A stretch of DNA of 51,531 nucleotides, taken from Mesotaenium endlicherianum (taxonomy: Eukaryota). Under the pieces are notes generated by a model. The model worked only from the letters and a program-made list of their open reading frames with translations, searched no databases and was not told the DNA's origin. This document shows positions 1 to 24,540 of this stretch, piece by piece. The position numbers and the translations under genes are program-made. The stretch covers positions 82,467 through 133,997 of the forward strand of contig WELA01001161.1 of the NCBI GenBank assembly GCA_009602735.1, read 5' to 3'. Position 1 is the stretch's first letter, and every line of letters starts with the position of its first letter.

Positions 1-689
1 CTCCCATTTCTCCCCCCTGTCTCTTTCCCTGTTCTCCCCCACCCTCGGCCACCACTCCCCCTCTTTCTCCCCAAGGCCAGCACCTGCCCTGCCCTGGCCG
101 GAAGCTTTCTGCGCTGCCCTCCAAGGCTTCCTCTGACACCCTCCATCCGGAAATGTCATTTTTCAGTCCTGGTCTGCTGTCTGGGCTTGCGTGTTCCCTG
201 TCCCTCTCCCTCCCCCCTCCCGCTCCTCTCCCTTGTCCCTTGAGCGTTCCCGGCTCCCGGAACCTCCTCTGAGCCCCTTGTGGCCCCTGGCCGCGTGGGG
301 ATGGTGGGGCACGTGGCGCATGCAGGGAGCACAAGCTCCGCCCTTCTTGTGGGCCCAGAGGCCTCCTGACAGCTGCTCCCGCTCCTGTGGTGCTCGTGAG
401 GGTGTTGCTGTTGTTTGTGTTTGCCCGTGCGTGGAAGTTCTTGCGTGGCGTCTGTGTGCCCTGTTTGGGTGTTTGCCTGCCTGCCTGCCTGCTTGGCGGC
501 TGCGCCTCCAGCAGCAGCAGCATCTGCACACCAAGGGCATAGTGCGGGATCAGCCTACTGCCCTGCCGCCCTCCCCCAGGTGTGCAAGGGCGAGTCCAGT
601 TGAGCCAACCCGCAGCATTAACTCACTTCATGTGCCTGTGCAAATTCAAGCTTTCCACGCCCTGGGGTGCAGGAAGACAAGTGGCAGGT

Positions 690-1027
690 GTTGCCGCGTC
701 TGTGTTGACCTGATCTTCTGCCCGTCGGCTGCGCCCAAGTTGTGCCACCTCTCACACGTCCAGATGTGTCTGCCTCCTCCCTTTCCATCTCCACCCCCCC
801 CTCTCCCTCCCTCCCTCTTCCTCTCTCCGCCNGCTGCTGCTGCTATGCTGGGTGCCGGTGCGGGTGCTGGTATGTCTGAGCTGAGCTGAGCTGGTGCTGG
901 TGCTGTCCACGCCTGCTGTGTTCAAGCAGCCAGCAGGTGATGCCTCTCCTCATGCTAGTGCGGTGTTTCTCCTCGCTGTGTGTGCCGCGGCCCCTTTCTT
1001 TCTCTCTTTCTCTCCCTGTCTGTGTGC

Positions 1028-1069
<42 letters not shown>

Positions 1070-1601
1070 ATGCGTGAGCCCCTGGCAGCTCGCTGGGCAA
1101 GCCGCGCCGGCTGTCGGCCAACTTCCTGCGGGAGGAGCGCGAGAAGCTGGCGCTGTACCGCGAGGCCGCCCGCCAGCAGTACCAGGAGCTGCGCACGGGT
1201 GCGCGCACCAGCCTGTCGCCCGACCTCGCGCGGCCGCTCACCGTGGGCCAGCGCGTGCTCGCCAAGCACCCCAAGACGGGCCACATCGCCGACGGCAGCG
1301 TGCTCACCGTGGACCGCGGCCGCTGCCGCGTGCAGTTTGACCGCCCGCAGCTGGGTGTCGAGCTCGTCCAGGTTGGCTGTCCCTCCCTCTTCTCACCCCC
1401 CTTAACCCCCCCCCTCACCTGTCACCCTCGCTCCCCTTTCTCACATCCCCCTCCCCCCNGTTGCCGCGTCTGTGTTGACCTGATCTTCTGCCCGTCGGCT
1501 GCGCCCAAGTTGTGCCACCTCTCACACGTCCAGATGTGTCTGCCTCCTCCCTTTCCATCTCCACCCCCCCCTCTCCCTCCCTCCCTCTTCCTCTCTCCGC
1601 C
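690..1601. repeat. 142-bp exact duplication (690-831 = 1460-1601), likely assembly overlap
   Basis: Identical copies, each abutting a single N (832 and 1459). Confidence 0.85.
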
Positions 1602-4382
1602 TCTCTCTCTCTCCCTTTCTCGCTCTCCCCCTCTTTGGGCAGGACGTGGACATGATGCCGGTCCACCCGTATGAGAACCACCCGCAGGTCATGCGCAGCC
1701 GCCACTCTCACTACCTCCACCACGCCCACCAGCAGCTGCAGCAGCAGCACCAGGTCCAGTACTCCTCGGACAACATCCGGCCCTCGTACCGGCCCACGTC
1801 GGCGGCGGGCGGCGCCGCGCGGGCGGCGCTCAACGAGCGGCTGGACAGGGCCGCGTCCGCCTCGTGCTTTACGTCGTCCGCTCCCGGAGGGGGGCCCTCC
1901 CCCTTCTCGCCCCCCCAGTCTCTGCTTCGCTGGTCCAAGGTGCGGTGCCACCGGCCTCCACCCTCCTCCTCTCCCCCCCCGCCTGCGCTCTTTCTTTGGG
2001 CGTCTCCTTTCGGCAGCCTCCCTCGCAGCTACCTGGCATCCATCTCCTGCTCCGCACCTGGCGCAGTCTCTTCCTTACCCTCCCTGTTGATCGTGCCAGC
2101 TGTCATGGCCCCCCCTCAGGGCCAGCTGGCCTCCCTGTTCTGCTCGGTTTTCTGCTCCTGCATCGAAGCTCGCAGCCTCGGAGCGTCTGACAGGAGAGCA
2201 AAGAGGGGGCCAGGGAGGAAGGAAGTGGATGAGGGAGGGGGGAAGGGGACCACCGGGTGCAGGGAGAGGGGGGTGGGCAGGGGAAGAAGCTTCTGTTCAC
2301 ACAAATCTGTCGGTCAGGCGAGCAGTCGGAGCTGTGAAGGTGTGGGAGACTTCTGGGCGTCGTAACTCAGCTGCCTGTGCGTGTGCGCTTGTGAGGGGGG
2401 GAGCAGGTGCTGTCGGCGAGGGCCGACACCGCCGAGGAGGTGGCGGGCGCAAAGGCGGCCGTCTCTGAAGCGGTCGCGGCGGCCGCCGCCGCCGCCACCC
2501 ACCACACCTCTCTGGCAACGCCGGAGCCCCGGGCGCAGTACCAACAGCAGCTGCGGGGCGACCAGGATGCGTGTGCCCTGCTGGAGCTCACGCAAGTGCT
2601 CGACAAGAAGGTGCCCGGGTTGCCCGTCTCTCTCTCTCTCTCTCTCTCCCGCCCTCCTCTTCCTTCCCTATCCTCTGCTGCTTCTGCAGCTGCAGCTGTC
2701 CCGCGTGCACGCGTACGTGCTAGCAGAGTTCATGCTTTTTGATCTCTCATTCAGAGGCTTACGTGGGAGCAAACACCGTCTCACCAATGAAGGCCTATGA
2801 TAGTGAAGGTGGAGCATATAAGTGCCACGAACTGCTCGCCTGGTAGGGGCATGCATGTGCTTGTGTGTGAATGTGTGCGTACGTGTGTGTCTATGTGTGT
2901 GCGTGTGAGTGTGTTCGGAAGTATGCTGTCACTGGCACGACTCTTTTTGGTATGCAATACTCCTCTAGTTGTCCACTCTTCTCGCATTCACGCTGCGGGA
3001 GCCTGGGAGGCATATGGCCATCAGGGGTTGCTATAAGGGCAGAGAGAAAACGAGAGAGAGACGTTCGAGCTGGCCCTGTCGGCATCTCTGGCACCACCAA
3101 AGCACCATCATGCCAATCGCATGCTCTGTGGCGCCGCCAGTGACCCCCTCACTGACACCGTCCCGGACGGGTGTGCTGCGAATTGCCCCCGTGGACGGCC
3201 TGGCCTGCCCTGCCCTGGCCTGGTGGGTGCTGCGGCGGCAGGAGGCGCTGCTGCTGGAGTTCCGCAGGATGAACGACGACGTGGACGGCGCCGCCGCAGG
3301 GGGCGCGGAGGGGCTGCGTGCGTCGGAGGCGTTCCGGCGGCAGTACGCCACAGTGGTGGTGCAGCTGCGCGACGTCAACCAGCGCGTGGAGGCCGCGCTC
3401 ATGCGCCTGCGCACGCGCAACCGCTACCTCGACACAGTGACGCCCGCTCCCTCGCCCTCGCCCTCGCCGTTCCACCCGCAGCATCTGCACCCCCAGCACC
3501 AGCACCACCAGCACCACCAGCACCACCAGCAGCAGCACCACCACCAGCACCACCACCAGCAGCAGCACCAGCAGTACCAGCAGCACCATGGTGCGGTGGC
3601 TGCGGCCGGTGGACTTAAAGGGGGGTTTGTGGCGGCGCTTGAGGGGGAGCAGGGGTGCCCCCTCCCCATTGGGGAGATGGCAGCAGCGGCGCGGCAGCAG
3701 GCCCGCAGCATGGTGGCCACGGCTGTGCAGGTCAGTGTTGGTGCAACCTCTCCCTCTCTCTCTCTCTAGCTTTCTCTCTCTCATGTACAAGCACACACAC
3801 ATATTACTCTTCAAAGCATATCTCATGCCATGCCTCGCCGTGCCGGCCATTGCCTCTCCTTCGCCTCCACCTGGTGACCCTTCCCGGAATGGGTGAGCTT
3901 TCTTTTCTGCGAGACCTGCGTGCCTTTGTTGCCATAGGCGAGAAAGGAGGCAGGCCCACCTTTGCCACGCGTTCACTGCTGTTGCTGCTGCACCATCATC
4001 ATCATTGGGCCTTTTCTCTATGTTTCCACTCGGGCTGAAGTACACGCGGGTGCTGCCACAGGGTGTCTCTTGCGTGACCTTCGCGGACCATCTGCATTCG
4101 CTGCTAGATTGCGCACCAGCCCGGCGAGTGTGGGGGCGGGGGTGGGCAGGAGGCGGCCCCCGCGGGGGNTGTCGTGTGCCCTCCGTGCCTGTAATGCATG
4201 CATGCAAGCCGGCGCACTCGGAGCTCCGTGGCGCTGACAGCTGTGCACCGCAGACGACAGATGGGCTTACTGGCACGGGCAGGCCATGCTCTTTGGGTGG
4301 TGTGACACGCACTGGTGTGATACGCACACGCTGGTGCCCCTTGAGAATGTGTAGCCACAAGCTTGCCCATTGCTCATGGCCT

Positions 4383-4418
<36 letters not shown>

Positions 4419-7065
4419 GGGAGCTCCTCTTTCTGCACCTTTTCCCTGGAGCTCTGTGGCCAGCCCCTGCTCCGGCTGGGGCCGTGCCCGTGGCTGAGCT
4501 CAGATTGCACTTCTCACCGGCCCAGCCTAGGCACACTTAAAGGCGGCTGGAAGAGAAGCCACTGCAAACCGCGTGACGATATTCACAAGGTGAATTTGTT
4601 TGTCAGGAGCCTTTCCATGGGACTGTGCTCCTGTGTGGCGAGCGGCTTGCCCTCCCGAGAGACACTTGGGGGAGGAGGCAGGCGGTTTGACAAGATATAT
4701 CTTTTGCTTTTTCGTTCTGGTGGGACTGCTGCTTCTTCTCCTCGTTCTCCTCCTCTTCCTCCTCCTGGGACGTGGTTGGGACAGGCAATTGCCAGCAAGA
4801 GGGAGGACGAGAGTGTCCTGCTCAGGCTGGACCAGGTGCTGGGCCCTGTGCACGCGCCAGCAAACACCGACACGCACTCGCCACCTGGCGGCGCACACGC
4901 TTCCGGCGCGAGGGTCTCCACCTCCCAGGCCCCGCCACCAGGCGAGCTGCACGGGGCCGCGGCAGGCGCGCCGGGCGGCGGCGAACCGCAGCAGCACGAG
5001 TCGGGGTCCCCTGAGATGCGGCGCTCCAGGCACGGCAGCACGCACGACGCCACCGGCAGCCCACCAGGCGGCAGGCTCGGAGGGGCCTCCGCGACGGCTG
5101 CACCGAGCAGGGGGCCCGGGCGGCCGCCGGCGGTGCCGGCCGACCCCCTGACGGGCGTGGTGGGGGGGGAGAGCAGCCTGACGCTGATGGGGCCATCGGG
5201 GCACGCGCACAAGAAGGAGGCCAGCATGCTCTCGGAGCTCATGGCCTCGTCCGTCGCCACTCTGCTCATGGTCCAAGTGAGGGCTCCTCCTCCTCCTCCT
5301 CCTCCTGCTGCTACGCTGGCATGCTGCTGCTGCTGCTGCCAGAAATGGTTCTTCTGCTCTTCCTCCTGTTNNNNNNNNNNNNNNNNNNNNNNNNNNNNNN
5401 NNNNNNNNNNNNNNNNNNNNNNNNNNNNNNNNNNNNNNNNNNNNNNNNNNNNNNNNNNNNNNNNNNNNNNNNNNNNNNNNNNNNNNNNNNNNNNNNNNNN
5501 NNNNNNNNNNNNNNNNNNNNNNNNNNNNNNNNNNNNNNNNNNNNNNNNNNNNNNNNNNNNNNNNNNNNNNNNNNNNNNNNNNNNNNNNNNNNNNNNNNNN
5601 NNNNNNNNNNNNNNNNNNNNNNNNNNNNNNNNNNNNNNNNNNNNNNNNNNNNNNNNNNNNNNNNNNNNNNNNNNNNNNNNNNNNNNNNNNNNNNNNNNNN
5701 NNNNNNNNNNNNNNNNNNNNNNNNNNNNNNNNNNNNNNNNNNNNNNNNNNNNNNNNNNNNNNNNNNNNNNNNNNNNNNNNNNNNNNNNNNNNNNNNNNNN
5801 NNNNNNNNNNNNNNNNNNNNNNNNNNNNNNNNNNNNNNNNNNNNNNNNNNNNNNNNNNNNNNNNNNNNNNNNNNNNNNNNNNNNNNNNNNNNNNNNNNNN
5901 NNNNNNNNNNNNNNNNNNNNNNNNNNNNNNNNNNNNNNNNNNNNNNNNNNNNNNNNNNNNNNNNNNNNNNNNNNNNNNNNNNNNNNNNNNNNNNNNNNNN
6001 NNNNNNNNNNNNNNNNNNNNNNNNNNNNNNNNNNNNNNNNNNNNNNNNNNNNNNNNNNNNNNNNNNNNNNNNNNNNNNNNNGGCACGGCAGCACGCACGA
6101 CGCCACCGGCAGCCCACCAGGCGGCAGGCTCGGAGGGGCCTCCGCGACGGCTGCACCGAGCAGGGGGCCCGGGCGGCCGCCGGCGGTGCCGGCCGACCCC
6201 CTGACGGGCGTGGTGGGGGGGGAGAGCAGCCTGACGCTGATGGGGCCATCGGGGCACGCGCACAAGAAGGAGGCCAGCATGCTCTCGGAGCTCATGGCCT
6301 CGTCCGTCGCCACTCTGCTCATGGTCCAAGTGAGGGCTCCTCCTCCTCCTCCTCCTCCTGCTGCTACGCTGGCATGCTGCTGCTGCTGCTGCCAGAAATG
6401 GTTCTTCTGCTCTTCCTCCTGTTGCTGCTGTGTCTGCTGCTTCTGTTTGCTGGTGGCGGCTACTTCTGTGTAAAACGTGTACCTCGTATATCATCATCTG
6501 CAAACAAGGTGCGGAAAATCACCGGCGAAGCGAGGCAATGGTCGCAGGGGGGGGGCGCCTGCGTGATGCGTGATGGCTTTGCGCATCCTTGCGGTCTCTC
6601 CTGGTTACTTTCGAAGCCGTGCTTGGCCTGGCCTATCTCCTTAATGAAGGGCCATTGAGCATGCGCGTGTTTTTTCCATGCAGGCGGTCATGCACTCGAG
6701 CACCGCTGATTTGGATTGAACCGCATCTGCACTTACTCGCATCAATCAATCTGCTAGTCGCCATTTTGTGTCATGAGAGGTTTACGTCAGGTGCTATTCC
6801 TAACGCAGGACTCGCAGAAGAGGGCTGATGACTTGCCCAAGCAAGGGGGGAGGGGCTGTCGCTGGCGGGGGGTTGGGTCTGGGTGCAGAGGTGCACGGAG
6901 AGAAAGCTGCCGCAAGCGGACGTGGTGCTCATGCTGGACAGCGCACTGGCAGCTCTGCGGCCGCACGCCCACCAGAACCTGCCTCTGTACAAGGACATCG
7001 AGCACTCCATCGCCACCATCAAGTCGCAGATTGCGGCCCAGCTGCCAGTCCCGTTTGCCGCTTGA
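1089..7065 (+). CDS. ALY: ALWAYS EARLY / LIN-9 family protein (DIRP domain, DREAM complex subunit), 5'-partial
   Basis: In-frame GT-AG exons 1089-1371 ([20 protein letters not shown]...[55 protein letters not shown] end plus Tudor-like region), 1643-1939 ([12 protein letters not shown]), 2407-2610 (..ELTQVLDKK), 3242-3730 ([12 protein letters not shown]...[32 protein letters not shown]), 4785-5276 (..[15 protein letters not shown]), 6889-7065 ([25 protein letters not shown]...*). Motifs match plant ALY proteins. The N-terminus was not found in the window. Confidence 0.92.
5029..6423. repeat. 342-bp exact duplication flanking an N gap (5029-5370 = 6082-6423), likely assembly overlap
   Basis: Identical sequence immediately on either side of the N run 5371-6081. 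Confidence 0.9.
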
Positions 7066-9538
7066 TGACGAGAGACAAGTAACTGCGGGGAGACGAGCGG
7101 ATGGCGAGCAACGACCAAGTGGCGACAGGCGGAGCAGCTGGCGTGATGTCTGCCAAGCAATGGGCCCTTGTGGGCAGCGGCAGGGCAGGCGGCGGCGGCT
7201 GCTGGGCAGACGGCGGCGGCGGGGGCACAGGCTGGCAGCTGTGCAGTCTCTTGAGGCGATCTTTGTACAGGTACTGGGGTGGCACGTGGAAGCGATGGCA
7301 ATGGTGATGGTACTCATGACAGCATGAGGGGAAGTTTGCCAAGTGCCTCAGCCTATTGGCCACTGGCACGTATGGAGAGAGGTGTTTGGATTGAGGCTAA
7401 TGATTGCATTAGGTTTGGAAGCATTAACAGTCGTTGGTCTTGGTGACTTTCTACTGCAATCTCAATAATGAGGTTGCCACTTAATTGGCTGGCAGTCCAA
7501 CCTTGGTAGAGGAGTTCTCTAGTTTAACAATCCTGGAGTCACTAAGGTGGCCCTTCTTAGTGCAACTAGACATGGAGAAACATAACTCACACAATGGTGA
7601 AGAACGTTTAAATTTTGTAAATATAAACTTCAGCTGACTCTTGCTTGTGGCAGATGTCAAAAAACGAGCGTACCTGCCAGAGTGCTCCGCTATGTTTCGT
7701 CTCAGTAGGATGTCCATCATTAGGCCGTATATGCATGCCAATCATGACTGTCATGTTCTGCCAGATGATGATGGCTTTAAGGAGGGCTTCTGATCCGCGC
7801 GCCCTGCATGCTCATGCTAGGTAGCTCTTTTGCCATGATATGTGTGATGTTCCAAGCTATGCACGTGTCACTGTATACTGCCTGTAAATCTGTACAGCTA
7901 GATTTGTAACCGTTTTGTTGTGCATGAAGGACAATACGCTTGCTTACTAAGAACTAGATAATGCTCAATTGGCTAGGATATATTACATGACGTTTGACTT
8001 CCTACGTAGCATCGGATTAATTTTAGATCTGTTCAGGCCCAGAGCAGCTAGCTAGTCTCTCCTGTAGTAGACCTTATTAAGGATTGCATGCATGATTCAT
8101 ATGAGACACTACATTGTTTTAGAATTCCCTGATGACGCAAGAATTGCAATCCACAAGCTACTCTAACACAACATGACACGAGCTCAAGTGATGCGCAAAA
8201 CTAGGAGAGAGTAGCAGGTGACCAAATAAAACATAAACATCAAATTTATGAATTTGTTCCTTACATTGGTACCATGCTACCACTCACGCTTAATTTGAAC
8301 ACGCAGGTCACCTGCAGGCAGTTCCTCCACAACCAAAAACTCAAAGAATGCGTTGATGGTGAATTACGGCGGGGTCGGAAGACGAGGACTTTTAACGCAA
8401 ATACAGCAGCGCTAGATTACATGACCAGAGGTGGCTGAACACTTAGGTGGGGATTACATAAGAATATGGATATAGATCACATGACCACAATACTGGTCTG
8501 GCACGTATAGCAAGTGGATGTCAACGCACCTTTAAGTGCATGCACGCTTTTACTCCTTCGCTTATAGAACAAACCACGTAAAATATGACGTACATTGAAG
8601 AATTCTTCTCCGCTCATTGCTCTTTCCTAGCACACGGAGAAAGCGACGCACGGCCACCATTCTTTTCGATGGAACTGCTCAAGTGTACTCGCCTCCGTAT
8701 TTAATAACTATACAACGGAGCTCCAAAAGGGGAACCTAAAGTCCAGCTCATATGAGGCCCGCAGGGGTGCCAGCTGGAGTGCTTGTCGTGCTGACACTTG
8801 GCGGAGGCTGGATCATGGGGGCTGCTGCACTCTCGGGGCCGCGAGCAGCGGAAGAGTCCTTTTTGGAGGGCGACCTCTTCTGGCTCAACTTTCGCCTCTG
8901 CACCAAACAAGGGTCGCCGCTTCATCAGTTTTGAGTGCACGACGGCACCCTGGGGCCCAGCTCAGATGCTGCCTTGGGCCAGACGGCCCGAAGGGTCCAA
9001 AAAGAGCCATACGTGTGGGCTCCGTAAGGATGGTACACCCAAACGGAAGAACGCCGAGCCGCGAAGACGGCGCGAGAAGTGCAAACAACGCATGAGGTCC
9101 CGGCTCGATCAGATCAAGCATGGCCCTGCGCTTGCCAACAGGAGCTAGAAGGGAAAAGGCAGGGGGAAGAAGGAGGAGCGTGCAAGCAGTGCATGCACGC
9201 TGCATGCGTGGGCCAGACAGACACCGCCGGAGCACTACCTGCAAGCTCGATACACGTAGCGCCTGCTGCACTCACGCACGCACTTCTTGTTCCATACCTT
9301 ACACCCACGCCCTCTTCCGTTCTCTCCCAAAAGTATCGATCGTCCCCGAGCACGCTCGGAGCCCCACGAGTTTGGCAACGTGAGCACCCGACTCCCGCGG
9401 GCCAATAGAAGTCTAGCATGCAAACAAATGCAGCAGCGGGCAGCGCATGCACACCAGCGAGGGAGGGCCAGACCGGGCCAGACAGACAGAAGCCTTGCTT
9501 GCACTCGTGCGTGCGGCGTCAGAGGGGGGGGCGCACAC

Positions 9539-21812
<12,274 letters not shown>

Positions 21813-22988
21813 AGCTGTCTCCTAAGTAGCCCTGAACAGTTTATATTATGGTATGACGGGGCAGCTTTTAATTTGCCCGAACTGCGTCTTCTAGATACTC
21901 CAATTTGCTGCTATAGACACAAAGTTCTCCTCCAATATCCTCGTACAAAGGATTCTAAGAATAATACAGAGCCTTTTACAGGAGAAATTCACCAAGATGT
22001 TGCATCTGATTATTGTAAGCGGTTATCGGTAAGAAATGTAGGGCGAGAGAATCCGAAGTGGGGCGAAGGTCCAAAAGTCGAATAAGAGTCGAAGGATTCG
22101 GTCTACACTAAAGCGCAAGCAAGCGTAAGCGTTGTTCAGCAGCATTTATCATTGGCGAATTTTACATGGCACGTGAAATTGTACGTCCTTTCTACAACGA
22201 AGCCGTTGTTTGTAGGGGGAGTCAACAGAAGATGTTAGTTGATAGGAGTGGCATCCAGCGGTGTCCAGCGGTATCATTTTGTATCAAGATGCCACGATAC
22301 ACATTGAGGGCTAGCTGCAGGCTGCATGCAGGCTGACTACCTTCCGGTCCTGAGTATTGGAGCAAGAGTCAAAGAGGTCAAGCGGTCTTTTAAGGTCTCC
22401 CTTTTAAGGTCTCACTTTAATTAGTATTAACTTTACCCTGCTTCCCCATGCTTCACCCTCCGTCATTCCGTCTCTGGCTTTACCAGGCTTTACCAAGCGT
22501 TACCACCTGTTTACCACCCATTACTCATGAAAAAGTCAAGTACGGTTTGACTCGTGAGGCACTTGAATGTTCACGGCGCACGCAATCACACGCAATAGTA
22601 ATTTTTGCACGTCACAGCGTAACACTTTAATTGGGCCCTTCAAGCCCATCTTTGCGGATTGACAAGCTGGACCACTTAAGCTGTAAACTTCGTATGGTGT
22701 TGACCGTAGCCATCTATATTGTCTGTGAAGTGCAAAAACTTCGACAATCCTCTGCAGTTGCATGTTGCATTCATAAGCATTGCAGTAATACCATTTCTCG
22801 AAGAGTCGTACTCTAGCACGCACGGGAGTGCTGTCTTGAACGAATTTCTGATGTTGCTCTGACGAGCACCGATCAGTATATGAATGGGCTAGGATAGGAG
22901 AGTACCTTTTGAAGTAGCATAATTTTATGCCGGGACAAACAGGGTCAAGATCTTCAGTTATGCAAATACTGTCCTTTCTTATAATCGT
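21813..22988. promoter_or_regulatory. Probable bidirectional promoter between the LRR-RLK (-) and ARM protein (+)
   Basis: 1176 bp between divergent start codons, free of long microsatellites. Contains phased TTACCA copies (22480-22524) and TGACTCGTGAGGC (22548-22560). Transcription starts were not determined. Confidence 0.6.
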
Positions 22989-24540
22989 ATGAATGGCGCT
23001 AAGTTGTCTCCTGCCTACTTATCTTTCAGTCCTCTTTTGGACCCACATAATGATGAAGGTCCCACTAGTGACGTGAGTTCAGAGTCCGAGTTCCTAGGCC
23101 ACTCCGATTCTATCAAAAATGGCCTTAGTGGTGATGCAGCAGATGGTCCTCGACAAAGGACTATCAAGTCCATTAAGATCCAACTGGAGAATGCTTGTTC
23201 TGAATCGCTTAGTTTGCGAAAAACAGCTGTAGAGCAATTAAGGGGTTTGTCCAAAAATGTCGATAACAGGCAGGCTATTGTTTCACTAGGGGGTGTGAAG
23301 CCCCTGCTGCAGTTTTTGATTTCAAATGAAGAGGATGTTGCAGAATTGGCCATGTTGGCCTTGTACAATCTGTCTCTTGACAGAAACAACAAGCAGACTA
23401 TGCCAAGCGAAGGCGTCATAGACGCTTTAATAAAGGCTATGGTAACGGGCCCTCAAAAAGTGAAGGAGACTGCTGCAGGTGCTCTGTGTGCTCTCTCTGA
23501 TGATGACGCAAACATCCTGAAGTTAGGGGCTGCTGGAGCTGTGGAACCTCTTACTGCCCTTCTTCAGAATGGCTCCGATCAGGCTAAGGGGGATGTGTGT
23601 AGGGCACTATTCAATCTTTCACTTCTTGAGGTGAACAGCAGAATGATTGTGGCGAGGGGTGCTATCGGTCCCTTACTCCATCTACTTCAGCAGCGCAGGC
23701 CTGGCATAAGAACGGAGAAGATTGTCAAATTACTTGCTAGTTTAGCAGTTACAAAGGAGGGCAGGCATGCCATAGCGACAGAAGCAGAAGGTATTTCAGC
23801 GCTAGCGGAGTGCCTAGAAGGAGACTCAATCAAAGAGAAAGAGCATGCTGCAGCTGCCCTATGGCTTCTGGCTGTTAACAGCCCCGCCCATCAAGCATTG
23901 ATCCGAAAGGAGGCCATCATTCCATCCCTCGTCGTACTTTCTAAATCCTCGAGTGAAACTCCGCGTGCAAGGCGGAAGGTAAGTGCGCAAACCCGTCTTT
24001 CCTACAAGTAGCCTGTGGAAGTGCAGTGTGGTGCTCTTTGTGGCTATGCAGGTCATAAGGTCTCCTTGATTCTCTGCTCGCTGGTGGGCATTGCGGTATT
24101 CAAAGACCTGTGCCCCTGCCGAAACTGTTTGGCTTGGTTGCCCTATAAGCAGTGCATTGACCCGACCTAAGATGTGAATTGGAACAAAATATTAACTTGC
24201 GCCCCTTGTCTGTCACCAGCTTAAGCTATTAACCTTTTGCTTCATCCAGGTTATCAGCAGTCCCTCATGGTGCTTTCAAGGGCTGCTCTTGCTAAGAACA
24301 TTATGATGCTGTCGGTACTTCAAGTTCTTACTTCCTCAAATCCTCGAATGTCCCATCAGCTTCTTGTACACCTGTTCATACCAAATGTGGAGAAAACCAT
24401 GTTCGTATTCTCTTCTGCTGGCGTCTGCTGATGATGGGATAGAAGGACAACTTGTTTCATGACCTGTTTACCTATTGCATGTGCAGGCTGAATTATTGCT
24501 TGGACTTCTTCGACCAAAGACGTCAGACCACTCTGACTAG
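22989..24540 (+). CDS. ARM-repeat protein, PUB (plant U-box)-type ARM array with no U-box
   Basis: Exon 22989-23978 is 330 codons with ARM repeats (LRGLSKNVDNRQAIVSLGGVKPLL, ALYNLSL, KETAAGALCALS, GAVEPLTALLQNGSDQAKGDVCRALFNLS, KEHAAAALWLL) and ends at AAG|gtaagt. Exon 24487-24540 completes the typical C-terminus PRARRK|AELLLGLLR...*. The start codon is tentative. Confidence 0.88.

Noticed and set aside
5029..6423. Apparent duplicated ALY exon (mutually exclusive exons)
   Set aside because: The copies are identical and flank the N gap exactly, as expected for unmerged contig overlap.
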